NCBI GenBank assembly: GCA_052327205.1
Contig: CM126225.1
Coordinates: 13,578,001-13,642,000 of the forward strand
Direction of reading: 5' to 3'
Origin: Somniosus microcephalus
Lineage: Eukaryota
Length of the DNA: 64,000 nucleotides
The translations under genes and the position numbers were made by a program. The notes under the pieces were generated by a model that was not told the DNA's origin, did not search any database, and saw only the letters and a list, made by a program, of their open reading frames with translations. Every line of letters starts with the position of its first letter. Position 1 is the first letter of the stretch. Of this stretch, positions 52,892-64,000 are shown piece by piece.

Positions 52892-54880
52892 TTATGTACA
52901 ATGGATAAACATGCAAGAAGTTGCTAATGGGAATGGGGTAGATGGACATCCTAAGGAAACACAATGTCATAAACTGCTCACACAATTTGGGATTATTTTC
53001 TGATGGTGTGCTGTGCATCTTCAGTGCATAACACTTAAATAATAAAAAAAAAGCTGGGTAAAAGGAATGTAAAACAAAGAACTGAAATCAGTAAAACTGA
53101 TAAAACCAAGCTCTTTTTAAAACCATATCCGTCACCTTGACAGCACCAATTTGCAACAGACAACTAAACTTTTATTTTTTAATTTGGTTATGTTGCGTGT
53201 CAGGCTTTTTGTCTACAGATTATTTTAAGTGCAAAATCTGCCCCACCACTAGAAACCAAACACGATCATAGCAAAATCCAGGCTAGACTTGATTGGGTTT
53301 ATAACCAGCATGCAGCCATTATTAACTAAAAATGAAACAGTGAAGTTAGTAAATTTACAAAATGAGCACAAGCACAGATTGTGATGCACTTCATGTGTAA
53401 GGTAACAAAAATGCTGAAAATTAGAATGGAACAGGCCTAGCAACAGGTTTAATAGCAAGAACCATTAGTGCATGTAAGGGGGAGAAGCAGCAAGCATAAT
53501 GTCTCATCTTCCTTACCACTGTGAGTGGTTAACTAGCTACGAACATATACAGTGCTGAATTTCAAGAACTTTGTTCCAATCTTACAAGGAGCAGGATCAC
53601 TAGGGTTGGAGCAAATCTTGCAAGATCTGGCAATAAAAAGGAAATTTTGACCTTAGAAGTGCAATGTTTTGCTTTGTTAATTCAAATGATCTCCCTGGAG
53701 TCGGTATTTTTGTATGCTACGAGTCAACATTCATTCTCCTTGGCCAAAAAGTACAAAAATATACATGGCATTACTGAAGTCACTTCTGAAACAAACTTTG
53801 TTCGGTAAACATTTAAGAGCTTAAAAATAAGCACCCTGCAAAGATTATATGTAGACTCAAAATTCAATGAAGGTTTGTCCTACTGCTAATTAATCACCAT
53901 GTACTGTATAGTCTTCGCAGCCCGAGAGTGGGTTCATATGTGAATGTGAAACTCCATTAGTTATTTAACGAAAAGTCACATCTTGCGAGTTGCTACACTG
54001 TAGTCAAACAAACCTTTTATGATATATTTGGGGGTTAGGTTTATGATAGTGTGTGCTGGAGCTAAACTTCCTCACAGTATACTAATAGGCAAATGGCCCA
54101 TACTGTGTGCCGTATGCACCAAGAGTGCCCAGTATGGTCTGAGTTAGACAATTTCAGGTGGGGCTGTAATAGGATTAAGTGTTCCTGACATTCGGGAAGA
54201 GGACGTTAAAAAAAGATCCATTGATCCCAGTTCTGACCGCTATCCTCCGATGATTCCCACTGAAAAAAATGAGTATGTGGATCTCAGGTGAAGGCAGGAT
54301 CAAGCTTGATCAAGAGGATAAAAGGTAGTAAGTGGAATGTTTTGAAGTTAGTTTCTTTTAACAAAAGAAATAAGGTATAGAAAAGATGGATCAAGTAAAA
54401 TTAAGAAAAAAGTAAAACTGAAGTTGAAAAAATAGCACACAATGGGGCAGGTGAAGAGAAGAATGACACGGCGGGCAGTGTTTAAAGTTTGTTTCCTATT
54501 AAAACTGCACTTTTGTAGCTTAGATTTTATAATTCTAATAGTTACTGCTGACATTAAGTAGTTCCAGCATTTTAACAATGTGTGTTTCCATGTCATAGTG
54601 TGCCAGTGGAAAATTAAATAAAAAAGTCTGCCTGGCCCACGAAAAGACATTTCCCTGGACCTGGCAGCAGTCTTGGACAAGCTCGACACAAAAGAGACTG
54701 CTGGGCAAAGCAGCAATCTTATCCTACGCACGCCATTTTGTTTTGGTATTTGCATCGTGACTTTTCCACCCTTTTCAGGGATGGAGGGCCAAGCACAGAA
54801 GTTGTATGTACACTGCAGCTGAACAGATATCTGCTAACTGAGTGTTAAACAACTAACGCTGGCTAAAACATTTCTTAAAT

Positions 54881-55142
54881 AACAACAACTACTTGTATTT
54901 ATATAGCGCCTTTAACGTAGTAAAACGTCCCAAGGTGCTTCACAGGAGTATTATAAAACAAAATATTTGACACCGAGCCACAGAAGGAGAAATTAGGGCA
55001 GGTGACCAAAAGTTTGGTCAGAGGTAGGTTTTAAGGAGCATCTTAAGAGGAAAGCGAGGTAGAGAGGCCGAGAGGTTTAGGCAGGGAATTCCAGAGCGTA
55101 GGGCCGAGGCAACAGAAGGCACAGCCACCAATGGTTGAGCGA
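54881..55142 (-). mobile_element. L2 3' end
   Basis: aacaacaactacttgtatttatatagcgcctttaacgtagtaaaacgtcccaagg, and ORF 55043..55267 ends LGPTLWNSLPKPL. Confidence 0.85.
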
Positions 55143-58100
55143 CAGTAGTTGACCTTAAAGGTCATAAAAATCTCGTGCCAGCACATCACAGCACTCCAGA
55201 AATGTTGCTGTAATGCAGTACTATGAATCCACTGCAATGGATGGAGAGCCAAGCACAAAACTTGCAAACAAATTTACCAAAGGTGAAAAATACATGGTTT
55301 GTAATTTGTTTTATTGCTGTGTCAGGTTACAGTCTCACTAAAAAATATCTTTAATCTGCAATTACCACAGAGATGTGGAACACAGATAACAGCAGCTGGT
55401 TTAGAGAGCTGAATACAACCATGCTACATAGGTTGGATTTTTAGTACATAACATGCTTAACCAGGATTTATGTATGACAATGTTAAGTACGGAGGTCAAA
55501 AAAGCCAACAGTGTTAAAATGCAGAGTCTCAAGCTGTCATATTTTCCAATCAAAAAATCCTACAGCATTAAATTTACTGCTCATCAAAAGGTGATTATAA
55601 AACAAAAGAGATTTGGGTTTCCTCTAGAGGTCATTTAAAAAAAATATATACATTTCAATTAAATTAGGGAATTACAGCTGGTCCCACCTCCTTGTAATGT
55701 AGCTGGAGTGACAGACATGCTGGTGAGCTTACCGCATCTCTCAGTGCCACACACAATCTTAGAAAAGAGAAAAGGAGCCAGGCTGCAGCAGTAGCCTCTC
55801 TACCCACCTTCAAAGCGGTTGCTCTGGCAGATTAGGAAAATATATTATATATATTTTTTTTTTTTTTTTTTAAACAGACATTTTCACATGTAGTTGTTGG
55901 CAGAATTGCAATAGTGGTGATTTACCAGCAATAATAATGCTACAGTAAAACCAATTTTTTAAATAAGATAATGCTTACTCCTACTGGGAGATCAAATGAA
56001 TGAGATTGCAGTGATACCGGCTCCCTTCCTCAATTGGGCAAAGGAAAGCAAAGTAACGAAAACATCTGTCCTGACAAAGCCTTTATCTCAATACACACAC
56101 TCAGTGGTCATTCTCTAAATTTTGTATTAATTTGAAGAGGTCTTTTTTGAAAAATTATAATTTACATAGTTCACCAAATAATCAGAAAATATATCTAGGG
56201 AGGAGGTAGATCCTAATCACTTGTCACTAGGTATGGCCATCAAACTTTTACTGTACTTGGGTAGAAGGACATTAATTATGCTTCTGGAATTTAAGAGATT
56301 TAAGAGAGAAGCAAAATCAACCCGATGGACTCAAGCTTGTAAACAGCAAAAACCTACATCATTCCAAAATGTAATGAAAGTACGGGTTATAATTGCTGTA
56401 CTTTTTCTTGACGCAGTTCTGTTGAATTTCAAGCTTCAGATCTGTCGGTTATGCATTTCATTGCAGTGAAATCAAATAGCAAATTTAAAATCTGAACCTG
56501 GTGCTACAAAAATTAATCTGGAAAACAAAATTTAAATACTACTGAAAATAATTTCATCCCAACACTGGCCATATAACGAACATTTCAGTTATCAAAAAGT
56601 CAAATTCAAGGAGAAAGCTGTTCATGTCAGTTACAGGAGGGGGAAAAATGAAATCTGGCTAATTGGGAATTTTTCCATTTAGGTCTGAGCTGTAAACCTC
56701 ATATCTATAATTTTAAACTTTACATGGGTCATAAAAGAGGCTTTATTCCCCTTCATCTTCTTGGTGGAGAACATTTGCTTTTTTTCTTTCAACACATGAA
56801 AATACAAATTAACCTTCTTAAACCCGATCTCTGAAGCCTCAATTAAATATTAAAACCACATTATGAAGCTTTCAGGGAAGAAGGAAGTGAGACATTACCC
56901 TGACTGCAATATTAATTAATGCATTAAAAAAATAAACAGACAGATGAAGCAATAGGCTATTTCAAAGCAGTGCAAGTGGAGTGAAAGCATTTCCATACGA
57001 ACCTGGCTTTAAAAACTGGGCTGTCAAAAGAACAGTTAAATGTAACACAAAGTAAGAAACTGTCCAAACACTAATGGTCTGCTTCTGTTCAATTCACTGC
57101 TTGCAAGTAATGTCGACATTAGGTAATAGTGAAAGCACAATGTAAATCCACGATTCAAGACCAGCTAGCTGTAAGTCAGTGCAGTGTGCCATGATGACAC
57201 AATGGAGAAAAGAAAACAAACAAAATATATATTTTTTATATGCATATAAAATATATATATTATATATGTGTGTGTGTGTGTATGAGGATATATCAGGAAA
57301 GTGTGAAAGAAAGGCGGGCAACTACTTTGCCGTTACATGCAAGAGCACTTTAGAACGGTTCCCAAAACAAACCTTATACTTAACTACAGATGACACACGA
57401 TGATGGCTAGGAAGGCCAAATGGTAATGCTACACCATACAGCTACAAGACATGAAATATTTATAGTGCAGGGAACATGCGGCTACTGTTAAATGTCAAAT
57501 CAGCAGCCATATTGACATAACCTGTGTCTGTTTAGGAGTCCACAGATCTTGTGTATGCACAAAATGACAAAGCACAATCTGACTATTGTAAATAATATGC
57601 ACTAGTGCTGCACCAAACTAAACCAGTGAATAGAAAGGGACCAAACATTCTCAGGCTAGGTTGAATAGCCCTTGGAGCACTATACTGTTTCCCCTAATAT
57701 TGGATAATTAGGCTCAAGTCATTTTATAATCTTTTAAAACTGAACTGAGAAAGGGATCAACAAGATTAACAATGAAACTAGTACAACATTCTCTCTTTTT
57801 TTTTAAACTTTGCACATTCAGAATGTCCAGGATGGATCATGAATTGAAAAAGCTTAATTAAAACTAGGGTCAACACCTTAAATACTAGGCATTTCTGAAG
57901 GGGAATTAAGAATCTGCTTTTGCTGCATTTAACAAATTAGTCATTAGAATCCAGAAGGAATATTTTTTTCAGGTTTTAAAAGGTGCAACTTACATTAAGC
58001 AGAGTTGGAAGAATATTACATGTTAAAATTTCCAAGTTGGTTCACCTACGCTATTTGCGTACACACAATCCTAGCGCTAATACTCCAAAAAAAATTCAAG

Positions 58101-58781
58101 CGTGTTAAGCACAGACTGTAATGCACATTTGGAATTTGAGTATAATATTCAGACTCTGGAGCAAATCCAAAACATTTTGTTTCCTAAAATAGATTCTTTC
58201 AGCTTTTAGGTGTTTCTGTATTCTAACAGTTTAATATTTATTTTTGAAGTGCTCACTGAATAGTGCTTATGAAAGTTAGTAAGAAAGGAGTCATCCTCGA
58301 AAGGCACTGTTTGGAATACGTAAATTTAATGGCCACTGATATTGGAAAAATCAGCTCTGCAGCCAACTGAGATTCTGATCCAATGAAACCTAAACTTGTA
58401 CATCATTCTTCTATTTATTTTTCTTTCCATAGCTACAGTCAAAATGTCAAAACACAAAAAGATGAACCTTATCACATGCATTACAGATATGCTGTACTAA
58501 TCTCATTATACAGAACGGTTATCCTGTGTGCACCAGCTGTTGAGTAATATCAGATAAACTAATTATCTGCATACAGAATCACCTCAAAATCTGTGGACTC
58601 TCTAATGCAGCCAAGCTTGCTGTTTGCACTGCCTGAACACTGTAGCATAGCATTTAGCACATCTCAAGAGACAATGCTGCAGGACAACATGTGTATTTAG
58701 AATGTATGGAAGTAATTTGCTAGCTGTTGAAAAAATTCTCTTTGCTTTTTCACGTTAAAGCTTTTGATGGAATGGCTTCTC

Positions 58782-58784
<3 letters not shown>

Positions 58785-58814
<30 letters not shown>
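58785..58814. repeat. (AC)15 microsatellite, reading (GU)15 in the pre-mRNA
   Basis: Read directly from the sequence. Confidence 0.95.
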
Positions 58815-58816
<2 letters not shown>

Positions 58817-61703
58817 AGAACAGAGACTTCACCTCCATAATTCCCACTGGGTAAGTAAGACATTGCTTCATTGGAGGGAAGAGGAATAAAATGTGAGCAA
58901 GTTACCCTGGGTCACTTTCATGACCGTCTAAACTACTGCATATAGAGAGCTAGTGGTGTCTGGGAGCGACTCTCTTGCCCACTACCTCAGCTAAGTAATG
59001 GAAGTATTTTTTCGGGGGGGGGGGGGGGCGGTAGGAGAAGGAAGAGAAATTAAAAGAGGGTCAAAAATTGTTCATGGAAAAGTGTATATTATAACTAGTA
59101 TTCTAAAAATAAAAGTTTTGGTGGTGATTAAGTGGAAAAAAAATTGGGATTTTAGTAAGATTACAATAGATGAGTGCATTAATTTATACAGCCATCCACC
59201 TTCACTCAATTCCCATTTTTCTCAAGTTTAACTCCTGGAATGCAATAGCAGTCAATCAATTGGATAAAAAAAAAGATTATTGGCTAAATCTCAGTCAAAA
59301 TTGGGTAAAATCAAATTTAAATTACTCATGTATGTTCTTCCAAGCTTTTTTTTGGGCGGGGGCGGAGGAAAGAGGAGCTCGTCTTTGAGAGGACACAAAA
59401 GAATTGTTACGGGTGTATAAAAGAATGTTAGAGGAACTTTGATTTACAGAGCAGACAGATGGCACATCTACTTTTTACCCCCATTTTCTGAATTTCCAGT
59501 GATTTGTTGCAATAAAGTAAACATTGAAATACATCAACTTGTTCACTGAACTGCAAGTTTTGTAAATGAAGATTGTTTTGTTTCAGTGTTTTACTGTTCA
59601 ATTAGAATGAAAAGTTTTGGCCAGCTATTGTGTTGGTCAACTAAAAATGGAGGACTCAAAAGTGGCACAAAAGAAATATCACATGCCCAAGTGAAAATAA
59701 AGGAAAGCAAACAAAAAAGCAGGAGGTAAAATGTTCAGGCATCTCATTGTTAAAGGGAAGCAAAACAACAAACTCAAAATTAGTTAGGTATGGTGGTATT
59801 AATGTTACTGGTCACTCAATTGAAAACTTATCCTGCAGTATTATCAACATGCGTCATCAGCTATTGCCATTCCATAGACAAGCATCATGCCAGCAAAGTT
59901 TCACAGTAGGTATTTTGCTGTATTGGAAGGACAGGATAAGGAACCAGGAAACCCTAAACAAAAATAGCAGAGCGTGCAATACAAACCAGTTCATGGCTGC
60001 TTAGCAATTATGGCCCAACTGCTGCAGAAGAGAAATGGTGGACACCCCAAGTTGTGTGCATTATTTGTTACATGGAAACGTAGGCACATCTTCCATGAGA
60101 TCAGAAATATCTACTGATCCCCTAAATTTCTTACATTTTAGGCACACTGGATGGGAATTTGCACACACTTTAAACATAGCAAACTAGTTCTAACCATCCA
60201 CTCTTTGCCTCCACCAGTACGTATTCTTGTTAATGCAATGTATACTAAAAAGTACTTCAACTGATTCTGGCCAAAAAAACATAACTTGATGTTGGCAAAA
60301 ATGTTTACTCAACCAAGTTCATGTAAACTGAACATAGCTGCCTGTGTACCTCATGTGTATAATAAATTGTTATGACTCTTTATAATTTAGGCCATCACTG
60401 GCAGCCAAACAACGGGATTGATTCTTTTCTGCCCCCCAAACCCTTGTTTTGAATTGGAAGTTTGTACACTGTCCAAATCACTCGAGCATATTCACTGCTC
60501 AAGAGCTTGTTTACAGTCTGGAACAGAATAATGAATAGTTGTACTGTACAAGAAATTAGTAGCAAACAAGTTAACCAGCCAATTGATTTCTGGTAACTTT
60601 TTTGGGATGGGAGCTGTTTACTTGTAACTAACTACCTGTGTGCTAGTGACTTGAGATGATCAATGACATGCAGCAGTACACTTTCATTTAGTGTTGGAGA
60701 AGTTGCATAAAATTAGTCACTTAAATAGAAATCAATGGTGTGATTAATCTGCTGCAGTATTTTTTTTTTTATAAATTAGCCTTTTCATACCCACAAAAAT
60801 ATCTTTACCTTCACCCACAAAGTTCTGGTCATTATATGAAATCACATAGATTTAAGGAAGTGCAGCAAGATGGTGGTTCAAGACAGTGAGCACTTTCAAG
60901 ACCCAAATGGTTTCATGTTCAAATCCTTGGTTGGCCTAGCATTTGCCTTCACTGGGGAAAGGCGTGGTTTCCTCTATTCTTAGCTTGGTCCTTGGAAGGT
61001 CAATTTTAAGCAGTGCCAATACTGGGTATGAGTTGGACTAAAGTCAAATCACTTTTGTGCACCACAACACAAATCGATCTCGAGTATAACCAATAAAATG
61101 TGTGCAAAGTATCCAGGAGCTGAAGGGGATCAGCGTATATTTCCAGTCCTTTTACACATCCATTCATTCCACTCATCCTACATTGTGCATGAAATTTCAT
61201 CCTTTACCGTTATGAGTGCAATGACAATTACTACACACAAAGACAAATGCTGAAAAACCAAAGCACTGGATTAACTCATGTAATGTAAAGGCTAACTGAA
61301 TTAGAACTACTTAAAAGTTTAACATATTACAAAGGAGACTTCTATAAAGGTGGGATTATTTACTAAGCATTTTACGGAAAGCAGCAATGAAGCACGTGTA
61401 CTAGTTATCCATGAAGTACAAACAAAATGTTGATTTACCTTAAGATGCATTTTTCATGTCCTGTATATATAGTAGCAGCACAGCATTAATAAACGTTATA
61501 TTACAAAAACCTGAAAAACTTAAAATTAAAATAAAGGTGTACACTAATCACTATATCGTAGTTTGGACCAACTATGTAATTTTCACTGCTAGAAACTTTC
61601 TGGACTAGTTATTCAAAACTGCACTACCTTCTCCCTCCCTTGGGAGCACCTAATCATTCAACTTTACATCAAATCAGTTCTCAATCAAAATTCAAATCCT
61701 TAC

Positions 61704-61778
61704 CGATTCTATGGGCTTGTCCAAGGATGCCTGTTCGATCTCCAGGTGTCCTTCTTCATATTGATCAAAGTGATTCCC
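61704..61778 (-). CDS. GPATCH8: GPATCH8 coding exon 2 (75 nt, phase 0/0): GNHFDQYEEGHLEIEQASLDKPIES
   Basis: Minus strand reads ttgactttttag|GGG AAT CAC...ATA GAA TCG|gtaagg. The peptide matches the vertebrate GPATCH8 N-terminus as recalled and joins in frame to the next exon. Confidence 0.96.
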
Positions 61779-62261
61779 CTAAAAAGTCAATGGAGAATGG
61801 TAAAGACATACTCTGAAAAACAAACTATTTATTTAGGCTCGCTGTGGAAAAAAAGGTTTGAAATACGATAATGCAGGCAAATAAATGGAATCAATATAGA
61901 TTTGAAGAGCGGCAACACATCAGAGGCAGTGAATATCTAACAATATCCCGTTCAGTGTCTGATTTTCATATTATTTATAGGGTTGAAAGGTTAAACTTGT
62001 ATTACAGAAATTTAATAGGATGTATGCTGCAAGGGTCAACATGAAGATTTAAATTACAGCAATGTAGACACATTAATAGTTCACACTGAAATAGTAAGTG
62101 AACAATTACTATTCAGGGATCCAGGGGCAAATTTGATTCACGAGGATATATCTTATCTGCAGTAATAAGCATTTGCACCATTTATTAAGTATTACCATAC
62201 CTCCAAAGTCATGGTCAAACTCTGAATATAGGCATATACTTATACGACTTAACAATGGGAT

Positions 62262-63170
62262 AAAGTCCCATTAACCTATCACCCCTGAGCTCGCTGACCT
62301 ACATTGGCTCCCAATCCGGCAATGCCTCGATTTTAAAATTCTCATCCTTGTGTTCAAATCCCTCCATGGCCTCACCCCTCCCTATATCTGTAAACTCTGT
62401 CGGCCTTACAACCCTCCGAGTTCTCTGCGCTCCTCCAATTCTGGCCTCTTGTACAGCCTTGATTTTAATCGCTGGGTGAGGCGGCGGCAGCAGAGGAGTG
62501 ACTGTAAAAGTGTCGGCAAGGCTCAGGTAGGCCCCACAGCGGCGGCGGACCTGGGTGAGGCGGCGGCGGCAGAGGAGCAAATGTAAAAGCAGAACCGTGC
62601 CTTCAGCTGCCCTAAGCTCTGGAATTCCCTCCCTACAGCTCACTATAGAAACATAGAAACTAGGAGCAGGAGTAGGCCATTTGGCCCTTCGAGCCTGCTC
62701 CGCCATTCACCAAGATCATGGCTGATCATCCAAACCCTAGCACCCGGTCCCTACACCGACAGCCATCCCAGCCAAGCCCTATCCCCGTAACCCCACATAT
62801 TTAATCCCCCCCAACACTAAGGGCCAATTTTTATCATGGCCAATCAACCTAACCCGCACATCTTTGGACTGTGGGAGGAAACCGGAGCACCCGGAGGAAA
62901 CCCACGCAAACACGGGGAGAATGTGCAAACTCCACACAGTCACCCGAGGCCGGATTTGAACCCGGGTCCCTGGCGCTGTGAGGCAACAGTGCTAACCACT
63001 ATGCCACCGTGCTGCCCTATCTCTTTCTCCTCCTTTAAGACGCTCCTTAAAGCCTACCTCTTTGACCAACATTGCGTGGTTCGGTGCCAAATTTTGTTTG
63101 ACAATGCTCCTGTGAAGCGCCTTGGGACGTTTTACTACTTTAAAGGCGCTATATAAATGCAAGTTGTTGC
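62262..63170 (+). mobile_element. L2 LINE 3' portion, interrupted by a GC-rich insert and an HE1 SINE
   Basis: PITPELADLHWLP...FKILILVFKSLHGLTPPYI, with tail aaaggcgctatataaatgcaagttgttg. Confidence 0.85.
62646..63017 (-). mobile_element. HE1-type V-SINE with CR1-derived tail
   Basis: Minus-strand head gggcagcacggtggcatagtggttagcactg, V-domain tgtgtggagtttgcacattctccccgtg...ctccggtttcctcccacagtccaaagatgtg, and a tail matching the CR1 end at 42483-42560. Confidence 0.9.
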
Positions 63171-64000
63171 TGAAAAGCACTATGAACTTAGAGGTTTCAC
63201 CTTTGGCTTCATCTGTGTCGATTCCTAATTAATTTGCATTTTTAAGTTCTCTCCACATTTTCCCTCCATGCAGAACCTCCTACAATGCAAGACCAAATGC
63301 ACACAGTGGGCATCGTAGAATTTAAGAGAATGAAATCAGGCATGAAACAATAGTAAAAATTAAACCCAAACAACATTGCCCAAATGGAATGGATTGCCCA
63401 GTGAGGCAGATAATATGGAAAGTTTAAGGGAGAATTGGATGAAGAATTGTGTAGATACTTGAGCAAGTGGGCAAGTGAGGTGCATTAGCTTTTGGAACTG
63501 GCCAGACAGACTGCATTGTTCTTTTCCAGTACATTTGTAATGTATGAAAAGTAAACTTTATATTACATAAATGATAATGTACTTAGATTACCAGCCTGGC
63601 CAAAGGTTAGTTCATAATAGCTAAGTAAATACAAATCAGTTATAAAAATTGCCCAACATTATTTTGGGCCGCAAGGCAAATCCATTCTTTTACCATTAAA
63701 AGATTCTCTATAAATTCAAGGAGTACAACAGTAAAGTGAAAATGATTATCCACAGAATTTCAAAGCAGTTGCATTCATATCAAATTGGCAGTCAACCACC
63801 TTCATAGAAGGAAACTGCTAAGTTCCACACTTGAACTCCGATCGGCAAATATATTCCCACATCAGTGTTCTGGAAATTTTTAATTTTTGATGTTCGCGTT
63901 CTGTATAAAATACTGCACTGGACAAACACTGAAGACAGAAACAGACAGATAAAGAATCAAAAACAGGCTACCTCATATAATTGTTACCATATGATATGCT

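Noticed and set aside
57185-57410. C/D box snoRNA suggested by atgatga motifs
   Set aside because: The motifs are on the strand opposite the host transcript, with no suitably placed D box or terminal stem.
62950-63017. tRNA gene (also 18790-18865 and 49962-50030)
   Set aside because: The A/B boxes continue into SINE bodies and tails, so these are SINE heads.
61779-64000. GPATCH8 exon 1 or promoter CpG island
   Set aside because: No MADRF-coding sequence was seen. The GC-rich patch at 62472-62593 is a short insert within an L2.

Overview
Eukaryotic (vertebrate) genomic DNA, very probably from a shark or other elasmobranch, judged from the HE1/V-SINE, SacSINE1-type DeuSINE, CR1, L2 and Penelope repeat set. 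The whole window lies inside one minus-strand gene, GPATCH8 (G-patch domain splicing regulator). Four coding exons are visible, numbered 2-5 by homology: 61704-61778, 52744-52816, 24542-24609 and 20968-21054. All have GT-AG boundaries and join in frame to give [101 protein letters not shown]. Exon 1 and exons 6 onward were not found and presumably lie outside the window. The introns alternate between TE-dense blocks (nested LINE/SINE/MITE insertions) and long TE-poor unique blocks. The most interesting signal is in the TE-poor blocks of introns 2-4: a series of candidate stop-containing or frameshifting cassette (poison/decoy) exons. Several overlap inverted repeats, and in one the 5' splice site lies in a 12-bp perfect RNA stem. 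This suggests a structure-gated unproductive-splicing system controlling GPATCH8, which is a hypothesis from sequence alone. Other features are Penelope repeats with minimal hammerhead ribozyme motifs, TA-, 8-bp- and AT-flanked MITEs, LF-SINE-like relics, two templated local insertions, and a ~1.9-kb purine/pyrimidine tandem tract containing a 472-nt assembly gap. Most ORFs in the supplied track are spurious or TE remnants. Repeat family names are from recall and pattern recognition, not a database search, and repeat boundaries are approximate unless TIRs or TSDs are quoted.
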